A DNA stretch of 64,000 nt, taken from positions 11,758 through 75,757 of the forward strand of contig DATCJU010000094.1 of NCBI GenBank assembly GCA_036562635.1, given 5' to 3'. Every line of letters starts with the position of its first letter. The first letter of the stretch is position 1. Source of the DNA: Pseudonocardiaceae bacterium. Lineage in GTDB: Bacteria > Actinomycetota > Actinomycetes > Mycobacteriales > Pseudonocardiaceae. This document shows, in pieces, positions 44,266 to 54,575 of the stretch. Under the pieces are notes generated by a model that saw only the letters and a program-made list of their open reading frames with translations, was not told the DNA's origin and ran no database searches. The position numbers were made by a program, and so were the translations under genes.

Positions 44266-46538
44266 TGGCCCGGACGCGACAGCTGCCCGAGCGGGTGACC
44301 CTGCTCGGGGTCCGGCACCACGGTCCCGGCTCGGCCCGGATGGTGGAGACCGCGCTGCGGGCGCTGCAACCGGACCTGGTGCTGGTGGAGGGACCACCCG
44401 AGGCGGATCCGCTGGTGGCGCACGTCGGCGAACTGACCCCGCCGGTGGCGCTGCTGCTGCACGACGAGTCCGAACCGGCACGTGCGGCGTTCTGGCCGTT
44501 CGCCCGGTTCTCCCCGGAGTGGCGGGCGCTGTGCTGGGCGGCGGAACACCGGGTTCCGGTGCGGTTCGTCGACCTGCCCGCGGCGGTGTTCCTGGCCGAG
44601 CCGGACGAGCCGGCCGGCTCCGGTGACGGGGCACCCACGGAACCCGCCGCGGAGGGGGAGGCGGCGGTGTCCGAGGACCGGCGGGTGCGGGTCGACCCGC
44701 TCGGGGTGCTCGCCGAGGCCGCCGGGTTCGACGACCCGGAGCGCTGGTGGGAGGACGTGGTCGAGCACCGGCTCGCCGGGGACCCGGTCAAGCTCGCCGA
44801 GGCGGTCGCCGAGGCGATGACCGCGCTGCGCGAGGAGTACGCGGCCGCCGTCGACGAGCGCACGCTGCGTCGCGAGGCGGCGATGCGGCAGGCGCTGCGG
44901 GCCGCGCTGCGGGAGGTGTCGGGCCGGATCGTGGTGGTGTGCGGGGCGTGGCACGTCCCCGCGCTGCGGGAACTACCGCCCGCCACCGAGGACACCGCCC
45001 TGCTGCGTGGGCTGCCCCGGCGGAAGGTGTCCGGGAGTTGGGTGCCGTGGAGCCACGGCCGGCTGGCCGCCGCTTCCGGGTACGGGGCCGGCGTGGCCTC
45101 CCCCGGCTGGTACGCGCACCTGTGGGAGCACGCCGGGGCCGGGGACGCGGTCCCGCGGTGGGTGGCCCGGACCTGCCAGGTGCTGCGTGAGGAAGGGCTG
45201 CAGGCGTCCACGGCCAGTGCCGTGGAGGCGGTGCGGCTGGCCGACGCGCTGGCCGCGGTGCGGGGCCGTCCCGCGCCCGGGCTCAGCGAGGTGATGGACG
45301 CGACCCTGGCTGTGCTGTGCGGCGGGGACGACGTGCCGCTGCGGCTGGTGCACCAGCGGCTGGTGGTCGGCGAGGAGCTGGGCGCGGTCGGTGCCGGGGT
45401 TCCCCGCTCCCCGCTGGCGGTCGACCTGGAGCGGTGGCAGCGCACGCTGCGACTGCGCCCGAAGGCGACCGAACAGCAGCTCCGACTGGACTTGCGCAAG
45501 GACACCGACCGGGAACGGTCCCGGCTGCTGCGGCGGCTCCGGGTGCTGGGGGTGCCCTGGGGGGTGCCGGAGACCACGCGCAGCCTGGGCACGTTCGCCG
45601 AGGCCTGGCGGCTGTGCTGGGAGCCGGAGCTGGCGGTGGCGGTGGCCGAGGCGGCGCGGCACGGCACCACGGTGGCGGGAGCCGCTGAGCAGGTGCTGCG
45701 GCTGCGGGCGGCCGAGGCCGGGCAGGTCGCGGAGGCCGCCGAGGTGCTGCACGCCGCGGTGGGCTGCGAACTGCCGGACGCGGTGACCGCGGCCCGGGCC
45801 GCCCTGGACCGGTGTGCGGCGGCGGCCACCGACGCGGTCGAGCTGCTGGCCGCGCTGCCCGAGCTGGCCGCGACGGTGCGCTACGGCTCGGTGCGGGACA
45901 GCGATCCGGAGCTGCTGCGTACCGCCCTGCACGGTCTGCTGGCCCGTGGTGCGGCCGGGTTGTCGCTGGCCTGCCGGAACGTGGACGACGACACCGCGGA
46001 ACGGGTGCTGCGGGTACTGGACGAGGCACACGAGGCGGTGGGGCTGGCCGCGGACGCCGAGCACACCGCCGCGTGGCGGGAGGCGCTGCTGCACCTGGTG
46101 CACACCGAGAACGCCCACCCGCTGCCGGTGGGTCGGGCCACCCGGCTGTTGTGGGAGGGCGGTGACCTGGACACCGAGGCGGTGGCGGTGCGGTTGCACC
46201 GGGCGGTGTCCGGGGACGTGACGCGGGCGACCGCGTTCGTGTCGGGCTTCCTGCGCGGTTCGGCCGCGTTGCTGGCTGCGGACCAGCGGTTGTTGTCGCT
46301 GGTGGACGCGTGGCTGACCGGGCTGTCGGCGGAGGCGTTCGCGGACGCGCTGCCCCTGCTGCGCCGGGCGGTCGCCCACTTCAGCCCGGCCGAGCGGCGC
46401 ACGATCGCCGAGCGGTTGGGGGCACCGGGCACCGCGGAGCTGCGGCGGCACGGAGCGGTCGAGACCGGGTGGGACGTCGAGCGGGCCGGGCGGCTGGCCG
46501 GGTTCGTGCGGGGATTGCTGGCGGAGGTGGGCCGATGA
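44262..46538 (+). CDS. DUF5682-like large protein of unknown function
   Basis: 758 aa. Start overlaps the AAA+ stop (GTGATG). The N-terminus VTLLGVRHHGPGSARMVETALRALQPDLVLVEGP is characteristic of the family as I recall it. The rest is helical and Ala/Leu/Arg-rich. Confidence 0.65.
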   Translation: MMARTRQLPERVTLLGVRHHGPGSARMVETALRALQPDLVLVEGPPEADPLVAHVGELTPPVALLLHDESEPARAAFWPFARFSPEWRALCWAAEHRVPVRFVDLPAAVFLAEPDEPAGSGDGAPTEPAAEGEAAVSEDRRVRVDPLGVLAEAAGFDDPERWWEDVVEHRLAGDPVKLAEAVAEAMTALREEYAAAVDERTLRREAAMRQALRAALREVSGRIVVVCGAWHVPALRELPPATEDTALLRGLPRRKVSGSWVPWSHGRLAAASGYGAGVASPGWYAHLWEHAGAGDAVPRWVARTCQVLREEGLQASTASAVEAVRLADALAAVRGRPAPGLSEVMDATLAVLCGGDDVPLRLVHQRLVVGEELGAVGAGVPRSPLAVDLERWQRTLRLRPKATEQQLRLDLRKDTDRERSRLLRRLRVLGVPWGVPETTRSLGTFAEAWRLCWEPELAVAVAEAARHGTTVAGAAEQVLRLRAAEAGQVAEAAEVLHAAVGCELPDAVTAARAALDRCAAAATDAVELLAALPELAATVRYGSVRDSDPELLRTALHGLLARGAAGLSLACRNVDDDTAERVLRVLDEAHEAVGLAADAEHTAAWREALLHLVHTENAHPLPVGRATRLLWEGGDLDTEAVAVRLHRAVSGDVTRATAFVSGFLRGSAALLAADQRLLSLVDAWLTGLSAEAFADALPLLRRAVAHFSPAERRTIAERLGAPGTAELRRHGAVETGWDVERAGRLAGFVRGLLAEVGR

Positions 46539-47719
46539 GCGGGGAGCACGCGACGGGTACGGCGGTCGACCCGGCGGAGCGGCTGCGGCGCTGGCGACTG
46601 CTGCTGGGTCCGGCGGCCGGGGAGCTGTGCCAGCTCGACGCGGACGACGCGCGGCGGGACGCGGCGTTGACCGCACTGTACGGCGGGGGTGACGGCAAGG
46701 GCGGTCGCGGTGCCGGACTGGGAGGGAGCGCCCCGGTGCTGCACCGCTGGCTGGGGGACATCCGCACCTACTTCCCCAGCTCCGTGGTGCGGGTGATGCA
46801 GCAGGACGCGGTGGAGCGGTTGGGGCTGACCAAGCTGCTGCTGGAGCCGGAGCTGCTGTCCGGTGTGGAGCCGGACGTGCGGCTGGCCGCCACGCTGGTG
46901 TCGCTGTCCCGGGCGATTCCCGAGCGCACCCGGGAGACCGCCCGTGCCGTGGTGCGCAAGGTGGTCGAGGAGGTGGAGCGCCGCCTGGCCGAACGGGTGG
47001 TGTCCGCGGTGACCGGTGCGGTGGACCGCTCCCGCCGCACCCGGCGCCCTCGACTGTCCGATGTGGACTGGGACGCGACCATCCGGGCCAACCTGCGGCA
47101 CTACCAGCCCGAGCAGCGCACCGTGGTGGTGGAGAAGCTCATCGGCCACCAGCGGCGCAGCCGGGTCGGCGCGCTCAAGGACGTGGTGCTGCTGGTGGAC
47201 CAGTCGGGGTCGATGGCCGAGTCGGTGGTGTACTCGGCGATCTTCGGTGCGACCCTGGCCTCGATCCGTGCGGTGTCCACCCGGCTGGTGGTGTTCGACA
47301 CCGAGGTGGTGGACCTGACCGAGGAGCTGGCCGATCCGGTGGATCTGCTGTTCTCCACCCAGCTCGGTGGGGGTACCGACATCAACCGGGCGGTGGCCTA
47401 CGGCCAGAGCCTGGTGCGGCGGCCCACGGACACGGTGATGGTGCTGATCAGCGACCTGTACGAGGGCGGGGTGGCCGCCGAGTTGAAGCGCCGGGTGCAG
47501 GAGCTGGTGGCAAGCGGGGTGATGGTGGTGGTGCTGCTGGCGCTGTCGGACAGCGGGACACCGTCCTACGACCACCAGCTGGCGGCGGAGTTGTCCGCGC
47601 TGGGTGCCCCGTCGTTCGCCTGCACGCCGGATCTGTTCCCCGATCTGCTGGCCACGGCGCTGCGCCGGGAGGACGTGGGAGCCTGGGCCGAGGGAGCCGG
47701 GATGGCCGTGGGCCGCTGA
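46535..47719 (+). CDS. VWA domain-containing protein (CoxE-like)
   Basis: Intact MIDAS: VVLLVDQSGSM (DxSxS), a downstream T, and GGGTD. ATG 46535 overlaps the upstream stop (ATGA). Confidence 0.88.
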   Translation: MSGEHATGTAVDPAERLRRWRLLLGPAAGELCQLDADDARRDAALTALYGGGDGKGGRGAGLGGSAPVLHRWLGDIRTYFPSSVVRVMQQDAVERLGLTKLLLEPELLSGVEPDVRLAATLVSLSRAIPERTRETARAVVRKVVEEVERRLAERVVSAVTGAVDRSRRTRRPRLSDVDWDATIRANLRHYQPEQRTVVVEKLIGHQRRSRVGALKDVVLLVDQSGSMAESVVYSAIFGATLASIRAVSTRLVVFDTEVVDLTEELADPVDLLFSTQLGGGTDINRAVAYGQSLVRRPTDTVMVLISDLYEGGVAAELKRRVQELVASGVMVVVLLALSDSGTPSYDHQLAAELSALGAPSFACTPDLFPDLLATALRREDVGAWAEGAGMAVGR

Positions 47720-47731
47720 CCGGGGAGGGGT

Positions 47732-47772
47732 GGTGTGCCCGCCCGCACAGGGGGGAGGCGGGCGGGCACACC
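47732..47772 (+). terminator. strong stem-loop terminator (15-bp perfect stem GGTGTGCCCGCCCGC / GCGGGCGGGCACACC)
   Basis: Starts 13 nt after the VWA stop, with an 11-nt loop. Closes the five-gene operon. Confidence 0.7.
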
Positions 47773-47968
47773 GGACCGGTCGGCACCGGGGCCACGCCGA
47801 GCGTCGGGGCCGGGTGGCCGCGCCGCGCGGGTACCGCCGGGCCCGGGCGGGCCGGCGTGCCGGGACGAACCGGGGACCACGGGAGACGGAACCGGTCCCC
47901 GATGCGCGATTCGCCTTCCGCCGGGTCGCTCTTTCAGGTTAGGCTCACCTAAGTTGGAGGTGAGTCAG

Positions 47969-48787
47969 GTGCCGACGAACTCCTCGCGACCTCAGGTTCC
48001 CCGTCCCGCCGAACGCGCCCGGTCGCTGGCCGCCCGCCCCGGACACGCCGCGCTGCTGCCCTCCGTACCCCCCGACGTCCTGCCCCACGGCATGCCGGTG
48101 TCGCACACCGAGACCGTGCGGGTCCGTCCGCTGCTGCACCACGTCCACGCCGACGGCACCGCCACCGTCCTGCTTCCCGACGACCACCCGCTGGTCGCCG
48201 CCATCCACCTGGCCCCGCGCGGCCAGCACCCCACCGTGCTGGAACTGGCCGACCCCGCGCCGGTGCGGCTGCGCGAGCCGATCCGCGGTCTGCTCTGGCT
48301 CACCGGCTGGCTGCACGTCCCCGACCCCGCCGAGCAGCGGACCGCCGCCCTGGCCGTCGCCGAGGAGCGGGCCGACCCACGGCTCCTCGACGTGGGACAC
48401 GGCGCCACCCTGTTGCGCCTGACCCCGGTGTCGCTGGTGCTGGCCGACGCCGAAGGCACCGCGGCCCTGACCCCCGACGAGTTCGCCGGCGCCGACCCCG
48501 ACCCGTTCTGCCGGGTCGCCGACCACTGGCTGCGCCACCTGGAGTACGGCCACCCCGACGTGATGGGCCGACTGGCCCGGCACCTGCCGGACCGGCTGCG
48601 CGGCGGCCACATCCGCCCGCTGGGCCTGGACCGGATGGGGCTGCGACTCCGGGTGGAGGCCGCGGACGGCGACCACGACGTGCGCCTGGCGTTCTCCCGC
48701 CCGGTGCACAGCGCCGACGAGCTGACCGGCGAACTGCGCAGGCTGCTCGGCTGCCCCTTCCTGGCCGCGGCCGGGCGACGCGACTGA
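47969..48787 (+). CDS. DUF2470 domain-containing protein (heme-utilisation/HugZ-related fold)
   Basis: GTG 47969 after GGAGG. The C-terminal segment (HLEYGHPDVMGRLARHLP...GLDRMGLRLRV...DVRLAF...ELRRLL) resembles DUF2470 proteins. Assignment from memory. Confidence 0.5.
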   Translation: MPTNSSRPQVPRPAERARSLAARPGHAALLPSVPPDVLPHGMPVSHTETVRVRPLLHHVHADGTATVLLPDDHPLVAAIHLAPRGQHPTVLELADPAPVRLREPIRGLLWLTGWLHVPDPAEQRTAALAVAEERADPRLLDVGHGATLLRLTPVSLVLADAEGTAALTPDEFAGADPDPFCRVADHWLRHLEYGHPDVMGRLARHLPDRLRGGHIRPLGLDRMGLRLRVEAADGDHDVRLAFSRPVHSADELTGELRRLLGCPFLAAAGRRD

Positions 48788-48858
48788 CCCCACCCCACCG
48801 GAACGCCCACCCCGGGCAGGGGCCGACCACTCGTCTCCCGAACGGCTAGATTGCCCTG

Positions 48859-49629
48859 GTGGCCGAATCGGTGGACCGCGAAGCGAGCACCGCGCGACGC
48901 ACCGTCGTCGTCGAACTGGCGATCGTGTTCGGCGCGACCCTCGGCCTGTCCGGGCTGCGCAGCCTGTTGTCCCTGCTGGACTCGCTGCTGCGCCCGGAGC
49001 CGTTGAACGAGCAGTCGGTGGCCATCAACGCCCCGCGGGCCGAACTTGGGCTGCTCGACCTGGCGTTCCAGCTCACCAGCGTGCTGCAGCTGGCGGCCTG
49101 GGGCGGGTTGGGGGCCTACCTGCTGTGGCGCAGCGGCATCGGGGCCCGCGGTGTCGGGCTGGACCGGTCCCGCCCCCGGCAGGACCTGGTGGCGGGGGTG
49201 GGCCTGGCCGCGGTCATCGGCATCCCCGGGCTGGCGTTCTACCTGGTGATGCGCGGTCTGGGACTGAACCTCACCGTGTTGCCGTCCACCCTGGACGACA
49301 CCTGGTGGCGGCTCCCGGTGCTGGTGCTCTCCGCGCTGGCCAACGCGTGGGCCGAGGAGGTCCTGGTCGTCGGCTACCTGCTCAGCCGGTTGCGGCAGCT
49401 CGGCTGGTCGGATCGGCGGTCGCTGCTGGTGTCGGCGGTCCTGCGTGGCTCGTACCACCTCTACCAGGGATTCGGCGGTTTCCTGGGCAACATCGTGATG
49501 GGCCTGGTGTACGGCTGGGCATGGCAACGCACCCACCGGCTGTGGCCCCTGGTGGTCGGGCACGCGCTCATCGACGTGGTCGCGTTCGTCGGTTTCGCGC
49601 TGCTCCACCCGTACGTGTCCTGGCTGTAG
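48859..49629 (+). CDS. CPBP family intramembrane glutamic endopeptidase (CAAX protease-like)
   Basis: Motif 1 ANAWAEEVLVVGYL (EExxxR-like), motif 2 RGSYHLYQG, motif 3 VVGHALIDVV. Six or seven TM segments. Confidence 0.82.
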   Translation: MAESVDREASTARRTVVVELAIVFGATLGLSGLRSLLSLLDSLLRPEPLNEQSVAINAPRAELGLLDLAFQLTSVLQLAAWGGLGAYLLWRSGIGARGVGLDRSRPRQDLVAGVGLAAVIGIPGLAFYLVMRGLGLNLTVLPSTLDDTWWRLPVLVLSALANAWAEEVLVVGYLLSRLRQLGWSDRRSLLVSAVLRGSYHLYQGFGGFLGNIVMGLVYGWAWQRTHRLWPLVVGHALIDVVAFVGFALLHPYVSWL

Positions 49630-49910
49630 CCACGGCACCGGGGCGTCGCCCGCACCGCGGTCTCCCCGCCGCCGCGGAGCGGGACCACCGCCCGTTCCTC
49701 CTCACCGTACGGCACCGACCGGTGCCGCCCCGTGCCGTGGACTCGCCCGACCAGCCGGAAACCCCCCGCCTCGCGGTTGCAACGAATCGACCAACAGACC
49801 GACGTTCTGTTTCACAAACAATCTGACTTTCGGGGGTATCGCTGCGTTTTTCTCTGCGTAACAGCGTTCTTATTGCACGCTCCACTCCGCCCGGCGCTAC
49901 GCTCGCGGAC

Positions 49911-51182
49911 GTGACCGCCCGACAGGCCACCGACCAGACACCGCAGCCCGATCTCCGGACCTCGCCGAAGGAACTGACCGCCCCCGCCCACCAGGTGGAC
50001 AGCGAGGTCGGCGTGCTGCGCACCGTGCTGCTGCACCGGCCCGGCGCCGAACTCAAGCGGCTCACCCCGCGCAACAACGACCAGCTCCTCTTCGACGGCA
50101 TCCCCTGGGTGGACCGGGCCCAGGAGGAGCACGACATGTTCGCCGAGACGCTGCGCGGACGCGGGGTCGAGGTCCTGCTGCTGGCGGACCTGCTGACCGA
50201 GGCGCTGTCCGACCGGCGGGCCCGCACCGCCGGCATCCTGGCCGCGGTGGACGAGCGGCGGCTCGGCCTGGACCTGGCCGACGCCCTGCGCTCGCACCTG
50301 TCCTCGCTCAAGCCGGAGGACCTGGCCACCGTGCTGACCGCGGGCATGACCTTCGAGGAACTGCCCGCCGCCGAGGGCGCGTCGCTGGTGCGGCGGATGC
50401 ACCACCCGCACGACTTCGCCGTCGACCCGCTGCCGAACCTGCTGTTCACCCGGGACTCCTCGGTGTGGGTGGGCGACCGGGTGGCGATCACCTCGCTGGC
50501 CATGCCGGCCCGCCGCCGGGAGACCTCGCTGACCGACCTGGTCTACGCCTACCACCCACGTTTCTCCCGCACCGAACGCGCCTACGGGGCCCACTCCGCC
50601 CCGGTCGAGGGCGGGGACGTCCTGCTGCTGGCCCCGGGGGTGCTGGCCGTCGGCGTGGGTGAGCGCACCACCCCGGCCGGTGCGGAGTCGTTCGCCCGCT
50701 CGGTGTTCGCCGACGGGCTGGCGCACACCGTGCTGGCGGTGCCGATCGCCCAGCAGCGCGCCACCATGCACCTGGACACCGTGTGCACCATGGTGGACCG
50801 CGACGCCATGGTGATGTACCCCGCGGTGCGGGACACCCTCCAGGCCTATCCGCTGCGTCCCGACGGATCCGGCGGGGTGTCGGTCTCCGGGCCGCTCCCG
50901 TTCCTCGACGCGGCGGCCGAGGCGATGGGCATCGAGCGACTCCGGGTGATCGACACCGGGCTGGACCCGGTGACCGCGGAACGCGAACAGTGGGACGACG
51001 GCAACAACACCCTCGCCGTGGCCCCCGGCGTGGTGGTCGCCTACGAGCGGAACGTGGAGACCAACGCGCGCCTGGAGGCCGCCGGTGTCGAGGTGCTGCG
51101 GATCTCCGGGTCCGAGCTGGGGTCCGGCCGCGGCGGGCCGCGCTGCATGTCCTGCCCGATCGCCCGTGCTCCGTTGGCGTGA
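49911..51182 (+). CDS. arcA: arginine deiminase
   Basis: [35 protein letters not shown], and C-terminal [12 protein letters not shown] (catalytic Cys). Confidence 0.93.
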   Translation: MTARQATDQTPQPDLRTSPKELTAPAHQVDSEVGVLRTVLLHRPGAELKRLTPRNNDQLLFDGIPWVDRAQEEHDMFAETLRGRGVEVLLLADLLTEALSDRRARTAGILAAVDERRLGLDLADALRSHLSSLKPEDLATVLTAGMTFEELPAAEGASLVRRMHHPHDFAVDPLPNLLFTRDSSVWVGDRVAITSLAMPARRRETSLTDLVYAYHPRFSRTERAYGAHSAPVEGGDVLLLAPGVLAVGVGERTTPAGAESFARSVFADGLAHTVLAVPIAQQRATMHLDTVCTMVDRDAMVMYPAVRDTLQAYPLRPDGSGGVSVSGPLPFLDAAAEAMGIERLRVIDTGLDPVTAEREQWDDGNNTLAVAPGVVVAYERNVETNARLEAAGVEVLRISGSELGSGRGGPRCMSCPIARAPLA

Positions 51183-51244
51183 ACGCGCTGGGCACGGGAC
51201 CGCGACACCTCGCCCGTGCCCACCGTTCCCGCCAGGATGGGCAC

Positions 51245-51502
51245 ATGCTGCTCGACGACTGGGTCGCCGCGCTCCGCGCCGAGCTGGGCGTCGGCGTCGA
51301 GGTGGACATCCGGACGCTGCTGGACACGGCCCGGGAGGCCGCGCACAACGTGGACCGTCCCGCCGCCCCGCTGACCACGTTCCTGGTGGGGTACGCGGCC
51401 GGTGCCCGTGGTGGCGGCCGCGAGGACGTGGCCGAGCTGTGCCGGCGGGTGGCCGAGCTGAGCCGGACCTTCACCGCCGGGACACAGGACGGACGTGACT
51501 GA
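51245..51502 (+). CDS. DUF6457-like small protein
   Basis: 85 aa. MLLDDWVAALRAELGV...LLDTAREAAHNVDRPAAPLTTFLVGYAAG resembles small actinobacterial proteins of that family (from memory). Confidence 0.5.
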   Translation: MLLDDWVAALRAELGVGVEVDIRTLLDTAREAAHNVDRPAAPLTTFLVGYAAGARGGGREDVAELCRRVAELSRTFTAGTQDGRD

Positions 51503-51511
51503 CCCGCCCGG

Positions 51512-53038
<1,527 letters not shown>

Positions 53039-53132
53039 TCATACGAACGGACTACAGATCCGGATCCCGCGGGACCGTGCTCCCCCCCGGGTCCGGAGCA
53101 CGGGCGGCGGAGCCGTGTCGGGGTGCGGCCGT

Positions 53133-53510
53133 TCAGCGAGCCGGCTCGGCGGCGGCCCCACCGCGGGCCAGGGCGGCGGGCAGCCGGAACGTGCCGTCCG
53201 GCTCCGGCGGGAAGTCGTACACCGCCGCCACCGCCGACACCGGGATCGGGCCGTAGACGTGGGGGAACCACACCCCGCTCGGGTGCTCCGGCACCCCGGG
53301 CTCCCACCGCACCGGCACGTCCAGACGCGCCGGATCGATCACCAGCAGCACCAGGTCGGTACGTCCACGGAACAGGGCGTTCGCCGGCAGGTGCACCGTC
53401 CCGGGGTCGGAGCAGTGCACGAAACCCACGGTGTCCAGGCTGGCCGCACGCAGCTCGCCCGCCCGGCGGGCGGCCGCCCACGACTCCGTGTCGACGATGT
53501 GCAGGATCAC
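53133..53510 (-). CDS. DUF952 domain-containing protein
   Basis: ILHIVDTESWAAA...GFVHCSDPGTV...LVLLVIDPARL...WFPHVYGPI pattern. GTG 53510 after GGGAGAGG. Confidence 0.7.
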   Translation of the reverse strand: MILHIVDTESWAAARRAGELRAASLDTVGFVHCSDPGTVHLPANALFRGRTDLVLLVIDPARLDVPVRWEPGVPEHPSGVWFPHVYGPIPVSAVAAVYDFPPEPDGTFRLPAALARGGAAAEPAR

Positions 53511-53589
53511 GACGCCTCTCCCGTCCGGAACCGGCCGGATGGGTGCGGTCTCGGGCCACGCCGGACCGCACCCATCCGGCGAACCGTGG

Positions 53590-54552
53590 TCAGCGCAGGG
53601 TGATCTGCCGGCCACGCAGGCCGTCGCGGGCCCGGCGCTCCGCCTCGGTCAGCGGCTCGGACTCCACCGAGGCCAGCGCCTCGTCCAGCCGCTTGGCCAG
53701 CGCGGCCACCGGCTCGGCCCACTCCCGCACGTGCCGTTCCCGGTCCAGGTCCCACACCGGCACCAGCAGGCCGTGCGCCCGGAACGCGCCGGCGTAGCGG
53801 GTGTCCTCGCCGAGGTTCAGCTCACCGCGCGCGGCCAACCGGGCCAGCGCGGCCATCAGCTGCTCCTCCGGCTCCGGCCGCACCCAGCGCAGGAACGCCT
53901 TGTCACCCACGTCGGTCCAGTAGGCGGTGTGCACGCCCTCGGCCTCGACCCGCTCGGTGGGCATGATCGCCGCGTTGGCCCGCTCCAGGGAGAGCGCCAC
54001 CTCACCGGTGGCCTCGACCCCCTCGGGCATCCACCAGGAGAAGTCCGAGTGCAGGGTCACGTCCAGCTGTGCGTCCGCCGGCACCAGGTCCTGCAGCCGC
54101 ACCTGCTCGTCGGCCCCGGTGCCCGGGCCGACCGCCGGCAGCACCTCGCCCGGCTCGGCCTGCTGGGCCCAACGGACCGCGCGGGCCAGGTCCCAGCTGA
54201 TGTCGCCGGACCGGGTCTGCACCTGCATCCCCACCAGTGCGGTGCCGTCGGCCCGCACCAGCGCGGCCGCCGCCATCGGCAGCACAGTGGCCAGGACGAT
54301 CTTCCGTTCCCCCGCCTCGGTCAGCGGCAGGGGTGTCGTCGCCGACGGGACGAACTCGCGCAGCGCGACCAGCTCGCACTCCGCGGCCAGTCCCGCGAAT
54401 GGCCGGATGACCATCACGTCGGCCGCACCGCCTGCCGCGCCATGGCAGGCCTTGTACCGCTTACCGGAGCCACAGGGGCAGGGCTGGCGCGGTTTGATCC
54501 CACCAGCCTCTCCCGTGCTGGCGCCCCGCTTCGTCGCAGTGCGCTTGGCCAC
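53590..54552 (-). CDS. SEC-C motif / DUF5926 family protein
   Basis: N-terminal PCPCGSGKRYKACHG (SEC-C metal-binding motif) followed by a conserved about 280-aa domain. GTG 54552. The ORF-track 692-aa version is an upstream read-through artefact. Confidence 0.7.
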   Translation of the reverse strand: MAKRTATKRGASTGEAGGIKPRQPCPCGSGKRYKACHGAAGGAADVMVIRPFAGLAAECELVALREFVPSATTPLPLTEAGERKIVLATVLPMAAAALVRADGTALVGMQVQTRSGDISWDLARAVRWAQQAEPGEVLPAVGPGTGADEQVRLQDLVPADAQLDVTLHSDFSWWMPEGVEATGEVALSLERANAAIMPTERVEAEGVHTAYWTDVGDKAFLRWVRPEPEEQLMAALARLAARGELNLGEDTRYAGAFRAHGLLVPVWDLDRERHVREWAEPVAALAKRLDEALASVESEPLTEAERRARDGLRGRQITLR

Positions 54553-54575
54553 CGCGGTCCTCCTCGTGCATTCGC

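Noticed and set aside
47900-47970. Small palindromes (TTAGG ctca CCTAA; CTCACC..GGTGAG) around the RBS of the DUF2470 gene, considered as a riboswitch or thermosensor.
   Set aside because: The stems are short (5-6 bp), there is no recognisable RNA family, and such stems are easily explained by chance in this context.
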